Source: Octopus vulgaris (Eukaryota). From it: a DNA stretch of 64,000 nucleotides. Shown here piece by piece: positions 1 to 12,805 of this stretch. Made by a program: the position numbers and the translations under genes. The notes beneath the pieces were generated by a model. That model searched no databases. It was not told the DNA's origin and saw only the letters and a list, made by a program, of their open reading frames with translations. Each line of letters opens with the position of its first letter. Position 1 is the stretch's first letter. The stretch spans positions 87,420,001-87,484,000 of the forward strand of contig OX597818.1 in assembly GCA_951406725.2 (NCBI GenBank). The letters are read 5' to 3'.

Positions 1-227
1 TATAAGTAAAACGTTTGACGGTAATTCGGAAGTTTCGGCTTGCGCGCCTTCAAAATCTCTTCAACCTTTTACATACATAAGTTAATAAATATGAGAAAGT
101 ATTGATTTATCCCTGAGTTTAATGTTAAATTGTTTTTATTCAAAACTTTATAACTTGACATAAAAGCAAGCATTAATATATAAATACGCAAACATATGAA
201 TATAAATGCATATACATATATACACAT

Positions 228-436
228 TCTTTTCTACTCTAGGCACAAGGCCCGAAATTTTTGGGAAGAGGGCCAGTCGATTAGATCGACTCTAGTACGC
301 AACTGGTACTTAATTTATCGACCCCGAAAGGATGAAAGGCAAAGTCGGGCTCGGCGGAATTTGAACTCAGAACGTAAAGACAGACGAAATACTGCTAGGC
401 AATTCGCCCGGCGTGCTAACGCTTCTGCCAACTCGC
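228..436 (-). mobile_element. tRNA-derived SINE, family A (monomer)
   Basis: Minus strand reads TGGCAGAAGCGTTAGC (A-box-like), GAGTTCAAATTCC (B-box), core GACTTTGCCTTTCATCCTTTCGGGGTCGATAAATTAAGTACCAG and tail TGTGCCTAGAGTAGAAAAGAA; recurs more than 10 times in the window. Confidence 0.9.
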
Positions 437-949
437 ATCATTACACACACACACACACACACACACTCACATGTATATAAGTTGTATTAAAAAGTTTAGG
501 TAGGAGACTTTAAGGTGCACATCGTTCTCCCCCCCCCCAGGGAACAGTGCAGAAGTAAGCCTAAACGATCGTTGTCCTAAATAAAGCTTCCAGTATACTT
601 TGTTTTCAATCGTTTAGAATGTGTGTGTATATATATATATACATACACACACCGAAGTTACGAACAGGTCTTTTACGAAATATTTACCGTATTTTTATAG
701 TCATTTTCACTATAAATTTTTTTTAAATGCCAAAAATGTTTTGTAATGGTATGCATTTGAAAATAATTTAAAAAAAAAACATTAAAATATTGTCTGTTTA
801 AAGAAAGCCACAATATCTATACTTACTGTAGAAAGAACTTACATTTTTGAAATCACATTTCTAAATGATTAAATTATTGTATTTAACAAAAACAGAAATA
901 GAATCATTTACTGTGAAAAACAACTCATATTTTTTCGTTGGGAAGTTAG

Positions 950-1140
950 TCACTAATGTGTCTAATCGGAAGGTAAGAGTTTCTTCCCTTCCAGGGTTAA
1001 GGTATTTTCGGAGTATTTTCCCATCATGCACCGTTTTGGGTATTTATAACCCAAAACCCCTAATATCTCAAGAATCACTTGTCCGATTTATTCGAAACTT
1101 GTTTTATTCCGTTCGTATTCACATTTCAAGGGAGACTTAA
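950..1140 (-). pseudogene. Possible highly decayed PLE ORF fragment (RT-to-endonuclease linker region)
   Basis: Frameshifted minus-strand reading IGQVILEIL...YPK...LRKYLNP resembles the PLE linker pattern IG..FL.LI.KHFP...L.KIFN. Confidence 0.3.
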
Positions 1141-1444
1141 TTCACAGTATTTTCCCATTATGCGCCAGTGTGACTGTGTAATATTGAAGCAAGCAAGAAA
1201 GAACGAAGCTCATGTATTATATTTATATATCGTTGCTATTATGCAAAAGTGTCGTAAGTCCAAAACGTTGTTTTTTCAGAGAACTCCATAGCAAAACTGT
1301 TGTACTACAGTTTGACAGTATTTGATATCCTGGCATCTGAAGCAGCTGGAGATACGATAGTTTGACCAAAAGAACTAGCTATTGCAAGCAAAAATAAATA
1401 TTGACAGTTTAACATAATATCAACGATATATTGTGAATTCAAAT

Positions 1445-1597
1445 AAACAAACAATTCAAATAAACGAATACAAAAAAAAAAGAATAAAACGAACGTGAGG
1501 ACGTGCACAGGACGCTCGGTGGAAGGAGAGAGTTTGATGTAGAGCTCTTTAAGAAAGGGGTAAGAAAGGGATTTATGCCTTTCTTAAAGAGCTCTAC
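1445..1597 (-). mobile_element. Decayed PLE-type repeat (same family as 2575-2770) ending in an inverted duplication
   Basis: AACGTGAGGACGTG...GGACGCTC...AGAGCTCTT matches 2603-2700; perfect 20-bp inverted repeat at 1539-1558/1578-1597. Confidence 0.5.
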
Positions 1598-1910
1598 CCT
1601 CCTGATCTTAATATTCATAAGGGCCTTTATATAGGTAGCCCTTCTAATTAAGTGCCCCTAAGTAACTATAAATATCATGTATGGAGTAACAATAACTTCT
1701 TAAACCTACAATACAACCCTTAGTTTTTAATACAACCCTTAGTTTTTTAATACAACCCTTAGTTTTTTAGTGTAAAATTAGAATGTCCTATAACATAAAT
1801 ATTCTTTTAGCTAATACCAGGTATCAGTCTTTATTGATACTAGCTAAATAAGTAAATATATAATTTTTAATTTAATATATTTTGAATTGTTATACATTTT
1901 TGCAAAATAT

Positions 1911-2195
1911 TTGTGAAATCTTTGTATTTCTGCCGTAAGGCTTCATTTCCACACGCGCCAGCTTAATTCAATTCGTCCTTAGTCGAAAGACACCTGTTGT
2001 TATGTTCTCTCTCTTCTCTTCCCACGTGACCGATCGGCCAGTCTGCTCTTTTTTCTTGGTCTGACCGTAGTCCGTGCAACATCGATATTCTTCCCTGTGT
2101 TTGTGAAACTTTTGTATCTCACCCGTAAGGCTTCATTTCCACACGCATCAGCTTAATTCAATTCGTCCCTAGTCGAAAGACACCTGTTGATATGT
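1911..2195. repeat. Two ~95-bp direct repeats 190 bp apart within an unclassified interspersed repeat
   Basis: TTGTGAAA...CCGTAAGGCTTCATTTCCACACGC...AGTCGAAAGACACCTGTTG at 1911-2005 and 2101-2195. Confidence 0.8.
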
Positions 2196-2497
2196 CCTGT
2201 TATTATTCTTATTGTATTTATATTTGTGTAACATTGTCCGTTTTTTCCGTCCTTGTTTTTGTATATTTTCGCTGCTTTCTTCCAAGGAATCTAATACTCT
2301 TAGCTTAGTTTTTCCTTGGGACTGGCCAGATTGGAGCAATCTCAAGAATAATCAGCCGAAATTGCGAGGATAATCTGGTTCTTGACTGAGAAAAGAAAAC
2401 TTCGAATGACCCGTCCTTGTTTTCTTTGTATCGTCTATCTGGATGTTTTGTTGTCCCTTTTTGTTGTCTGGGTGTTTTGCGTTCTTGTTCCATTTTG

Positions 2498-2568
<71 letters not shown>

Positions 2569-2574
2569 ACCGAA

Positions 2575-2770
2575 ATAGGAAAACACAAAGAGAAAACAAA
2601 ACAACGCGAGGACGTGGAACAAATATAGTGTTATTGGATGCTCAGGAAAGGAAAGAAAGAAGGAAGATTTAACGTTTCGAGCGGAGCTCTTCGTCAGAAA
2701 CATAGAAAATGGAAAGGTCCAATAAAGGGAAGACGGAGGAAGAAAATCGCAGACGATACACACGCGGTCA
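2575..2770 (-). mobile_element. PLE-type terminal repeat fragment with minimal hammerhead motif
   Basis: Minus strand tttCTGACGAagagctccgctcGAAAcgttaaa; downstream body also present at 13221-13280 and 1490-1560; abuts (TA)n. Confidence 0.65.
2668..2700 (-). ncRNA. Minimal hammerhead ribozyme motif
   Basis: CUGACGA, one extra A, stem II GAGC/GCUC, GAAA, palindromic AACGUU stem III, GUU triplet, short UUU/AAA stem I. Confidence 0.55.
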
Positions 2771-2982
2771 CATATTTAATTTATTTCTGCATTTTAGAAT
2801 AAACCTTCTCCATTTACTTCCCAGATGTGAGTCTACCACATAAAAAAAGAATAAAATATAAAACAAGAAAAAGAAGAAAAAAAACACGTTGCCACTACAT
2901 GCTTTTGTTTGTACATTTGCGCGCATATGAAATTACATCTTCCGCATTACTCTGACTACGTGCTCTGACTTCTCTATACTAG

Positions 2983-3154
2983 TTTCAAATTTTGGCACAA
3001 CTCCCGCAAGTTCGGAGGAGGGGATAAGTCGATTACATTGACCCCCAGGGATTAACTGGTATTCATTTTATCGGCCCCCGAAAGGGATGAAAGGGCAAAG
3101 TAGACCTTGGCAGAATTTGAGAAACGTAAGGATAGACGATTCTGCCAGCTCACC
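2983..3154 (-). mobile_element. SINE family A, internally deleted
   Basis: Core and head (GATTCTGCCAGCTC on plus) retained; tail type TGTGCCAAAATTTGAAA. Confidence 0.8.
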
Positions 3155-3402
3155 ATCTTCTAAGTCGCACATGCACAGACACACACGCACACGCACGCAC
3201 GCACGCTCTCTCTCACTCACTCTCTCTCTCTCTCTCTCTCTCTCTCATACACACACACAAACACTTACACACACTTACACATACATATATGTACGTAACT
3301 GTTTTCTTAAAAACATGGTTCTACACACATACATACATACATACATACAAACACACATACACACACATATATATATATATGTATATATATGTTTATATAT
3401 AT

Positions 3403-3449
<47 letters not shown>

Positions 3450-3513
3450 CACACATATACATATATATGTAGAACCATGAGGTTGAGAAGCATATATATA
3501 TGTATATTTTTTC

Positions 3514-3715
3514 TCTTTTATATTCTACTGGTTTCAGTCATTGGACTGCAGCCATGCTGGGGCATCGCCTTGAGGAATTTTTAGTCGAACTGATCGGCTC
3601 CAGTGCTTATTTTCTTTTAAAGCCTGATACTCATTCACCCTATCACATATTTTTCTGAACCGCTAGCTTACGTAAAGACACGAACACCGGTCGTCAAGCG
3701 GCGGCGGGAGACAAA
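3514..3715 (-). mobile_element. SINE family B, older 3' half
   Basis: GTTTCAGTCATTGGACTGCAGCCATGCTGGGGCATCGCC and following body align with family B. Confidence 0.75.
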
Positions 3716-3742
3716 TAAGAAGGTGTGTGTGTGTGTACATGT

Positions 3743-3952
3743 ACTCTTTTACTCTTTTACTTGTTTCAGTCATTTGACTGTGGCCACGCTGCGGCACCAC
3801 CCTTAGTCGACCAAATCGACCCCAGGACTTATTCTTTGTAAGCCTAGTACTTATTCTATCGGTCTCTTTTGCCGAACCGCTAAGTTACAGGGACGTAAAC
3901 ACACCAGCATCGGTTGTCAAGCGATGTTGAGGGGACAAACACAGATACACAA

Positions 3953-4050
<98 letters not shown>

Positions 4051-4166
4051 TATATACGATGGGCTTCTTTCAATTTCCATCTACCAAATCCACTCACAAG
4101 GTACCACGCATTTGGACTGAACCGGAACCACGTGGTTGGTGAAGCAGGCTACTTACCACACAGCCA
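3743..4166 (-). mobile_element. SINE family B (tRNA head, CORE-like) with internal microsatellite
   Basis: Tail (AGTAAAAG)n, conserved body, internal (CA)n(TA)n, head TGGCTGTGTGGTAAG; internal deletion between CAAGG microhomologies. Confidence 0.9.
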
Positions 4167-4519
4167 GTATCAAGGTAGGATTTATATGCAAACCTCCGTA
4201 GTGGATATACAAACGGTAAATTTAACTATCCCACCGTTGCACCATCACCTGTGTGTTTGTACGTATGTGCGAGGATATATCCATGTTCGCCTGTATATAC
4301 GCGTGCACATGTACTCTGCTTGTGTGATTGAGTCGATGTGAGGCTCCATTAGAAACGGTAGGTACCAACCAATTCGGCAACGTCTGACAGACAAATTAAT
4401 GAAAAAAAAAATGAAAAGAATGTAATAAACAGAGGTGACGTCATAGACAATATTAATTTAATTTGTAAATAGCGAGCTGTTTTGTCGAACTAATCTAGAA
4501 CTAATCTATAAGTTGGGTG

Positions 4520-4553
4520 GGCGGGTGTATACATCTGATATCTGTAGGTGTAC

Positions 4554-4614
<61 letters not shown>

Positions 4615-4766
4615 TTTGTGCGTGCGTGCGTGTGTACACAGAGAGAGACGTGTGTGTCTGTGTATTCATATGTATATGTGTGTGGGTATGTGTGTGCATA
4701 TATATATGCATCTATATGCATACATATATCTACATATATGTTTGTATGTTTATATGTGTGATTTTA

Positions 4767-4814
<48 letters not shown>

Positions 4815-4990
4815 TGCGTGTGTGTGTGTTGTGTGCGTATTTATATGCGCGTGGGTAAGTGCCTGTATATGCACACATATATATATATATATGCATATGT
4901 ATGTGTTTGTGTGTCTATATATGTGTGATTGTGTGTATGTATATATATTTACATATGTATGTGTTTATATATATATATATGTATTTGTGT

Positions 4991-5037
<47 letters not shown>

Positions 5038-5070
5038 TTATGCACACATGTTACATACAGACGCGCACAT
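4520..5070. repeat. Compound (TG)n/(TA)n microsatellite field
   Basis: Direct inspection. Confidence 0.95.
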
Positions 5071-5389
5071 GTGATGTTATGTTGAAAGGCGTCTACCAAT
5101 AACGCAACCAAAACAATAGCGTAGACATCCTACGTTTTCTTCTCGCTTTTCGTTGTTATCCATCCATTATGATAATTAGTTAAACTACTTGCGATTCAAC
5201 AGATTACTTTATACATTAATTATAATATTTATTCTACCTTTCTACATTAATTATAAGATTTATTCTACCTTTCTGCAAACATTGATTTTACTCTCTAATT
5301 ATTTCATTATTTGTCTCTGTCTTTCATCTTCATATCAGTTGTCATTTCATAATTAAGAATTCACTTTCATCTTACTGAAGCTCTTTCAT

Positions 5390-6690
5390 TCCACTCCGTT
5401 GCACTCTGCTCTCCTCATTTGGCACTCAACTCTATATCACACTACTCCACTCCACTCCACCTTATCTTCCTCTACACTACAGCACTCAACTCTACATTGC
5501 TCTACTCCACTCAACCATACTATACTCTACTCCACTCCACCTTATATTCCTCTACACTACAGCACTCAACTCTACATTGCTCTACTCCACTCAACCATAC
5601 TGTACTCTACTCCACTCAACCTTACTGTACTCTACTCCACTCCACCTTACTGTATTCTGCTCCACTCCACCTTACTGTACTTTACTCCACTCCACCTTAC
5701 TGTATTCTGAACCACTCCACCTTACTGTACTCTACTCCACTCTACCTTACTGTATTCTGCTTCACTCCACCTTACTGTACTCTACTCCACTCCACCTTAC
5801 TGTATTCTGCTCCACTCCACCTTACTGTACTCTACTCCACTCCACCTTACTGTATTCTGCTCCACTCCACCTTACTGTACTCTACTCCACTCCACCTTAC
5901 TGTATTCTGCTCCACTCCACCTTACTGTACTTTACTACACTCAAGTTCACATTACTTTACTTTACTCCATCTTACCTTCTCTACTTCCCTGCACTCAAAC
6001 TTTACATTACTCTATTCCACTCCATCTTACATTCCTTTGTTCTACCGCACTCAACTCTACATTTCTGTACACTCCTCTACCTTACTGTACTCTACTCTAC
6101 TGCACTCATCTCTACATTACTTCACTCTATCTTACCTTCCTCTGTTCTACCGCACTCAACTCTACGTCACTCTACTCCACTCCATCTCACATTCCTTTGT
6201 TCTACTGCACTCAACTCTACTTTACTCTACTCCACTCCACTTTACCTTATTCTATTCTACTGCTCTACTCAACTCTATTTGCTATTCTCCACTTCCTTCA
6301 ATACGATTTACTTTATTGTACTTTACCGTACACAACTCCACATATCTCAATTTGACTTTTTTGCACTCCTCCACACCCAACTCCACTTTCTCCACTCCAC
6401 TTTAGTGTACTCTACCACTTTCATCTCCACTTTACTCTACTTTCTCTATTCCACGTAACCTTCCTCTACTCTACCGCACTCAACTCTACATTATTCTACT
6501 TCACTTTCTCCGCTCCTCTCTATTTAACTGCTTTTAACTATCCATTACTCTTCTACACTCCATTCTATCCCACTTTACCGTACTCGACTGCACTCATCTC
6601 CACATTTCTTTTGGTTACTCCTCAATGCTACACTTCACTCCAATTTAGCTCGCTGTACTCACATTCAACTCTATCCGCATCGCCTCATCT
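5390..6690. repeat. CTCCA/CTCTA pentamer-derived minisatellite with 25/50-bp higher-order core
   Basis: 50-mer TCTACTCCACTCCACCTTACTGTATTCTGCTCCACTCCACCTTACTGTAC repeated over ~5630-5930 with degenerate flanks; the same repeat recurs at 9365-9449 and 9677-9835. Confidence 0.9.
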
Positions 6691-6786
6691 CTTCCGTAGA
6701 ATACCTGCGCATCGAAACAAATTGCTAAATATGAAAGATCTAATGAGAAGCGGGTAGTTTAATGATGTACCACTATGAGTGTATGT

Positions 6787-7128
6787 ACAATAACTCCCAA
6801 CTACCTAGATATGCCTTCTGTACCCCCAGCACACTATAGCAATACCATTCTTACACGACTATAATTCTCAAGTACCCAGGTACGTCTTCAGTACCCTGTG
6901 TACATTACTACAACACCATCCATACAAGACTATAATTTTCAGATACCCAGGTGATTACATGGCTAGAACACCATTGTTACAAGAGTGCAATTTCCAACCA
7001 TCCGTACAAGGATATAACTCCCAAGTACCCTGATACATTTTCGACACCCCAGCACATTACAATAACACAATCTCTTCAAGACTCTAACTCCGAAATACCC
7101 AGACACGCCTTCAGTACCTCAGTGCGTT
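6787..7128. repeat. Degenerate ~70-bp tandem repeat (about 5 copies)
   Basis: Recurrent ACAAGACTATAAYTCYCAAGTACCCAG...CTTCAGTACCC...ACATTAC motif. Confidence 0.7.
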
Positions 7129-7214
7129 GCACTTCGTTGTTGTGGTGGTACTGTGATATTGTGGTGGTGGTTGGATTTAGGTAGTGGGTAGCGATTTTCT
7201 TCACTACTTTAGGG

Positions 7215-7520
7215 AGTGACGACCCTGCCTGACACGAGTCCCGGGCTCAGCTGGCTTCGGCTGACAGTACCCGGTATGGGCCCCTATCCAGGGTTACGGA
7301 AAGGAGACAACCTTCAAAGAAATCCGGAGTAGAGCCCCGTAGGCGGTTTAGTGTTCGACTCGACACTCTTCTGGCAGCTCCTGCAACCAAGCTGGCGCCA
7401 AACGTAATGCCCTGCACTCGTTTGGACTACGTCATCAAGGTCGAGAGAGGAATCCTGACGATTGGGATACCCAGGATTTTCTTATATCTAGCCCAGGCCT
7501 GCGCAAAACTGGAGAGGATA
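7215..7520 (+). mobile_element. Probable RTE-clade LINE 5' region fragment
   Basis: GC-rich island with AATCCGGAGTAGAGCCCC...GGCAGCTCCTGCAACCAAGCTGGCGCCAAACGTAATG...TTTGGACTAC, recalled as typical of RTE 5' regions; not verified by search. Confidence 0.5.
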
Positions 7521-7624
7521 TGAAATGTAAAAACCAAACTGGATTAGTGTATGCACAACTCCATTGTCTCCCAAGACAAAAGGATGCCAACAACAACAAG
7601 ATGAGATTAAAACAGTTTTGATGA

Positions 7625-8431
7625 AGATGGCGGTGGCAGTGGTAAAGTTAAGGAGTTGTACGGGTGGTTGCGATGGTAGTGGTACAAGCGTTGATGGTAA
7701 TGTAGTTCGTGGTGGTGGTTGTGGTGGTGGTGGTGGCAGTGGTGGTGGTGGCGGTGGTGGTGGTGGCGGTGGTGGTGGTGATAATCGTACTGTATGATAC
7801 TGGTTTAGTGGTTAAGGTAGTATGCAGGTTATGCCGGTGTTGGCGGCGAGGTTGTAGTTGTTCTTGTTGCTAGTGGGGGTGGTGATGGTGTTGGTTGCGG
7901 TAGTGCTGATGGGGGTAGAGGTGGTGATGGTTAACCTCACCGCCTTCGTCTTCCTTATCGTTGTCGTCGTCGTCGTCATAGTAGAAGTGATAATTGAGGA
8001 ACTGGTGGTGTCCATGATAGTGGTTGTAGCTATTGTGATTGTTGTTGTTGATGTTGGTGGTGTAGTAGTAGCTGTAATGGTTTTTGTTGTTGTTGATGTT
8101 GTTGTAGAATGGTGGCAGCGGCAGTGGTGGTGGTGGTGGATGTGGTGGTGGTGGCTGTGGTAGTGAGGATGGTTTATGGCAATAATGGTATTACTTCGTG
8201 TTGTATGGTGAATAAAGACCAGGGATTGTTAAGGCGGTAGTAGAGTTAGTGGTGGAGAAGATGACAAAATGTGTAGCAGCAGAAGTAGTGGTAATAGTAG
8301 TAGTAGTAGCAGCAGCAGCAGCGGGAGTAGTAGTGGCGGTGGTAGTAGTGGTGGTGGTGATAACGTAGGTATTAGTGGTGGTTTCAATTGTAATGTTGCA
8401 GTAGCCATCGGTGGCGGTGGCGACTGTGGAG

Positions 8432-8509
<78 letters not shown>

Positions 8510-8738
8510 CTGGTGGTGGTGATGGTGCTGATGGTGGTGATGGTGGTGGTGGTTGCTGATGCTGTAGTGGTTTGTGGAGGATGGAAGCTAGTAGTAGAAA
8601 CAGTAGTAGTAGTAGTAGTGGTGGTTGTGGTGGTGGTGGTGGTGGTGGTGGCGGCGGTGGCGGTGGTGGCGGTGGTGGTGGTGGTGGTGGTAGTGGCGGT
8701 GGTAGCGGCTGTAATGATTTGTGGAGTATGATAGCGGC

Positions 8739-8783
<45 letters not shown>

Positions 8784-8966
8784 CGGCGGTGGTGGTGGTG
8801 GTGGTGGTGATGGTGGTAGTGGCGGTGGCGGCGGCTGTAGTGATTTGTGGAGTATGATAGCGGCTGTAGTAGTAGTAGTAGTAGTGGCGGTGGTGGTGGT
8901 GGTGGTGGTGATGGTGGTAGCGGCGGTGGCGGCGGCTGTAGTGATTTGTGGAGTATGATAGCGGCT

Positions 8967-8997
<31 letters not shown>

Positions 8998-9005
8998 CAG
9001 TAGTA
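7625..9005. repeat. (GGT)n/(AGT)n trinucleotide field including a 3x duplicated ~34-bp cassette
   Basis: GCGGCTGTARTGATTTGTGGAGTATGATAGCGGCT at ~8705, ~8831 and ~8932. Confidence 0.9.
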
Positions 9006-9449
9006 TTACGATAGTGGACGGTAGACGCTACGACCAGTATCTTGACAGGCCGCTTAAGTTGTTGCGAATTGAATGACAGGTGAAATCGAACGATAAACGG
9101 CAGGAGCTTAATGTGCGAGTGGGAGTGGGTGAGCGGGGTGGTGGTGGTGGTGGTATAGGTGCGGTTCAGTCAGAGTACCACTCATATTTAATGCCGTGTG
9201 ATGCACACATACATAAATACAGCCTCCTACGCATACACACGAAATTTTACACATACACAAGCATATACAATTTCGTTAAAATGAGAATTGCGTTTACAAA
9301 CATACGTGTGGTGCACAACTATACAAACATACCTAAACATGAGCGTGAACATACTGACGTATATTACACTACTCCGCCCCACCTTACTGTACTCTACTCC
9401 ACTCCACCTTACTGTACTCTGCACTATTGCACTCAACTCTATATTACTC

Positions 9450-9671
9450 TGGCAGAAACGTTAGCGCGCCGGGCGAAATGCTTAGCGGTATTTCATCTGA
9501 CGTTACGTTCTGAGTTCAAATTCCGCCGAGGTAGACTTTGCCTTTCATCCTTTCGGGGTCGATAACATAGAGGAGACAAACAAGGACAGACATGGGGTAT
9601 TAAGTCGATTACATCGACCCCAGTGCTGTAACTTGGTACTTAATGTTTATCGACCCTTGAAAGGATGAAAG
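9450..9671. mobile_element. SINE family A, rearranged (5' part on plus, 3' part inverted)
   Basis: Head-to-core on plus at 9450-9564; reverse-complemented core and tail at 9565-9671; flanked by TATATTACTC at 9440-9449 and 9677-9686. Confidence 0.85.
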
Positions 9672-9862
9672 AAATATATATTACTCCACTCCATTTTATC
9701 TTCCTCAACTCTACCCTACATTACTCTACTCCACTCCATCTTATATTCCTTTGCTCCACCGCACTCAACTCTACATTGATGACTTGCCGCCCTTACCTTC
9801 GTCTACTCTACATTACTGTACTCCACTCTTACATTCCTGACGTATGCGTTGATAAATATAAC

Positions 9863-10318
9863 TGGCATTCCGTCAGTTGCGACGATGAGTGTTCAAGTTG
9901 ATCCGATCAACAGAACAGCCTGCCCATGAAATTATCGTGCAAGTTGTCGAGTACTCCACAGAGACGCGTGCCCTTAACTTGCCCTGAATCTCAGGGAGAT
10001 TCAGCGTGACACGGAATTGATAAGGTTGGCCCTTTGAAATACAGGTACAACTCATTTTTGCCAGCTGATTTGGACAGGAGCCGGTAATCGAACTCACACG
10101 CGCACCCTTAGGGAGATTCAGCGTGACACAGAATTGGACAAGGCTGGCTCTTTGAATTTTTTTGTGTTGTACAAGTACAATACACTTTTGCCAGTTGAGT
10201 GGACTGGCGCAATGTGAAATAAAGTGTATTGCTCTAGGACACAATGCGCCGCCGGAAATCGAACTCACGATTGTACGATCGTGTGCCGAATATCCTAACC
10301 ATTAAGCCACTCGCCTTC
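9863..10318 (-). mobile_element. SINE family C (tRNA head, CORE-like) with internal duplication
   Basis: Head GGCGAGTGGCTTAATGG, B-box GAGTTCGATTTCC, TTGTGTCCTAGAGCAATACACTTTATTTCAC; GGGAGATTCAGCGTGACAC block present twice. Confidence 0.85.
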
Positions 10319-10388
10319 CTACGCTAATACACATATACACACATATACCCACAAGCATGCATGTATAGGTGCTACTTCTCTGCGTGTA

Positions 10389-10431
<43 letters not shown>

Positions 10432-10491
10432 AAGCGCTCGCGTGTGTGTATGCGCGCGCATATTTGAAATTTAAAATAATTAAATACTATT

Positions 10492-11009
<518 letters not shown>

Positions 11010-11289
11010 AAATTCTTTTTAGAAACAAAACAGATCATCACAGACCGGATAGGAGATAATTTCTGTGTGTAGGCGCTTCCGTTCTCTTCAATTTTCTAAG
11101 CACTTGATTTCAACCAAAGTTTTCGATGTTGTTATTCGTATAGTATTAACTGCATGTGTGTGTGTGTGCGTGCGCGTGTATGTGGTGGAGTGTACACGGA
11201 CACATGACTCACACATACACATGCATACAAATAAACACACATATGTACTGTAAATGCAATAAACAAAGAAGTCAATAGTGGTGAGACAA

Positions 11290-11605
11290 GATTTATCAAA
11301 TACAGTATTAACTTAACGCTTTACTGACAAGAGAAATAGTCTTAACGTTTCGCACATTAGCCCTTCACCAGAAGAAAGGGAAAAAGCACGGTGGGAAGTA
11401 AGAACGAGGAATAATCAATATAAGAATTAGGAATCGGGTAGGAATGCATTACTCTGTGGGGAGTTTAGAAGCGAAGACAGGGTGTATAGGTTCATGTATA
11501 GGAGCGTATCAATGCTCGGAAGCAGGCATATGTGGGAAGTGATTTTTGAGGTGTGTGTTGTCCCCTTGAACAAGGCTGCTGCAAGAACTACGATATATCC
11601 AGAAC
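11290..11605 (-). mobile_element. PLE-like relic: possible ORF C-terminus followed by hammerhead motif
   Basis: Minus strand IVVLAAALFKGTTHTSKIT followed by tcttCTGGTGAagggctaatgtgcGAAAcgttaaga at 11340-11375. Confidence 0.45.
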
Positions 11606-11623
11606 CTAATTGTATGTATACAT

Positions 11624-11669
<46 letters not shown>

Positions 11670-11749
11670 TTGTATGTATATGTATGTACATATATATGTT
11701 TACGCATGAATATGCATATATGTGTGTGCGCATATATATTTATATGTAT

Positions 11750-11785
<36 letters not shown>

Positions 11786-11846
11786 TTATATAAGTATTTG
11801 TATGTACGTATATATGTGTGTATGTGTGAGTGTGTGTGTCTATATC

Positions 11847-11899
<53 letters not shown>

Positions 11900-12319
11900 A
11901 CACACATATATATAAAGTCTTTGTTTAACCAGATTAAGTTATACATTATCTCCCATATCGTTTGTCATTTTCTGAAAAGCTTCCATAATATCTTTATCTG
12001 ACAAGCTATGTGACACAAAAGAATCTTCAAGATGATAGTATGTCTATTTATTTACACATTTACCAATCTATTTATCAGTTTGTTAATTAAATAGTCATTT
12101 TTCACGTATTTCTTTCATATATGTATATTCAAAGATACTCCAGATTATTTCATTTGTGTTGGGCTTTTACCCAATTAATTTTAGTAAAGATGAACTTGGC
12201 TCAAGCGGTTTCAAATCTTATAGAAATTATGTTTGTGATAAATAGTGAAAAATAAAAGATAAAAAAACATGTCTGCATAGAGAAATGCAAAATAAATAAA
12301 TAAATAAGCAAAAGAAATT

Positions 12320-12578
12320 GGAGAAAAAATTTATGTGCATTTCCACATCCGCATAGTTGCAGGTCACCCCAACAGTGCAGCATCTTGGAGATGAGAATTT
12401 TCTGGACAGAAACAGTTGTCTGGTACATATGTTTGCATTTAAGGACCTTGTAGGGTATGAAGATAGGATATTTCCAATGAAACACTCAACCCGACTTCTG
12501 GGCTATGAACACTGTCGTATTCCAGACAAGTATCGAAAATCTCCAGGTATAGAAAATCCTGGTTTCATGACGGAAAGA

Positions 12579-12580
<2 letters not shown>
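12320..12580 (-). pseudogene. PLE GIY-YIG endonuclease C-terminal relic
   Basis: [20 protein letters not shown]...HWKY..IPYK...QLFLS/KILI...GCGNAHKFFL resembles the PLE pattern SFRHE..T.LS..VW...W.....PY....C.LCL.EK..I...CRH.NKFLL. Confidence 0.55.
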
Positions 12581-12629
<49 letters not shown>

Positions 12630-12657
12630 TACATATATATACACACATATATGTATA

Positions 12658-12763
<106 letters not shown>

Positions 12764-12770
12764 TACATAC

Positions 12771-12803
<33 letters not shown>

Positions 12804-12805
<2 letters not shown>

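Noticed and set aside
5419-6458. 328-aa and 293-aa repetitive ORFs
   Set aside because: Overlapping frames are all open because of the minisatellite composition, and the 25-bp unit is not a multiple of three
12357-12580. Plus-strand ORF with apparent AG/GT splice sites as a host exon
   Set aside because: The opposite strand is better explained as a PLE GIY-YIG relic, and the plus-strand peptide is unrecognisable
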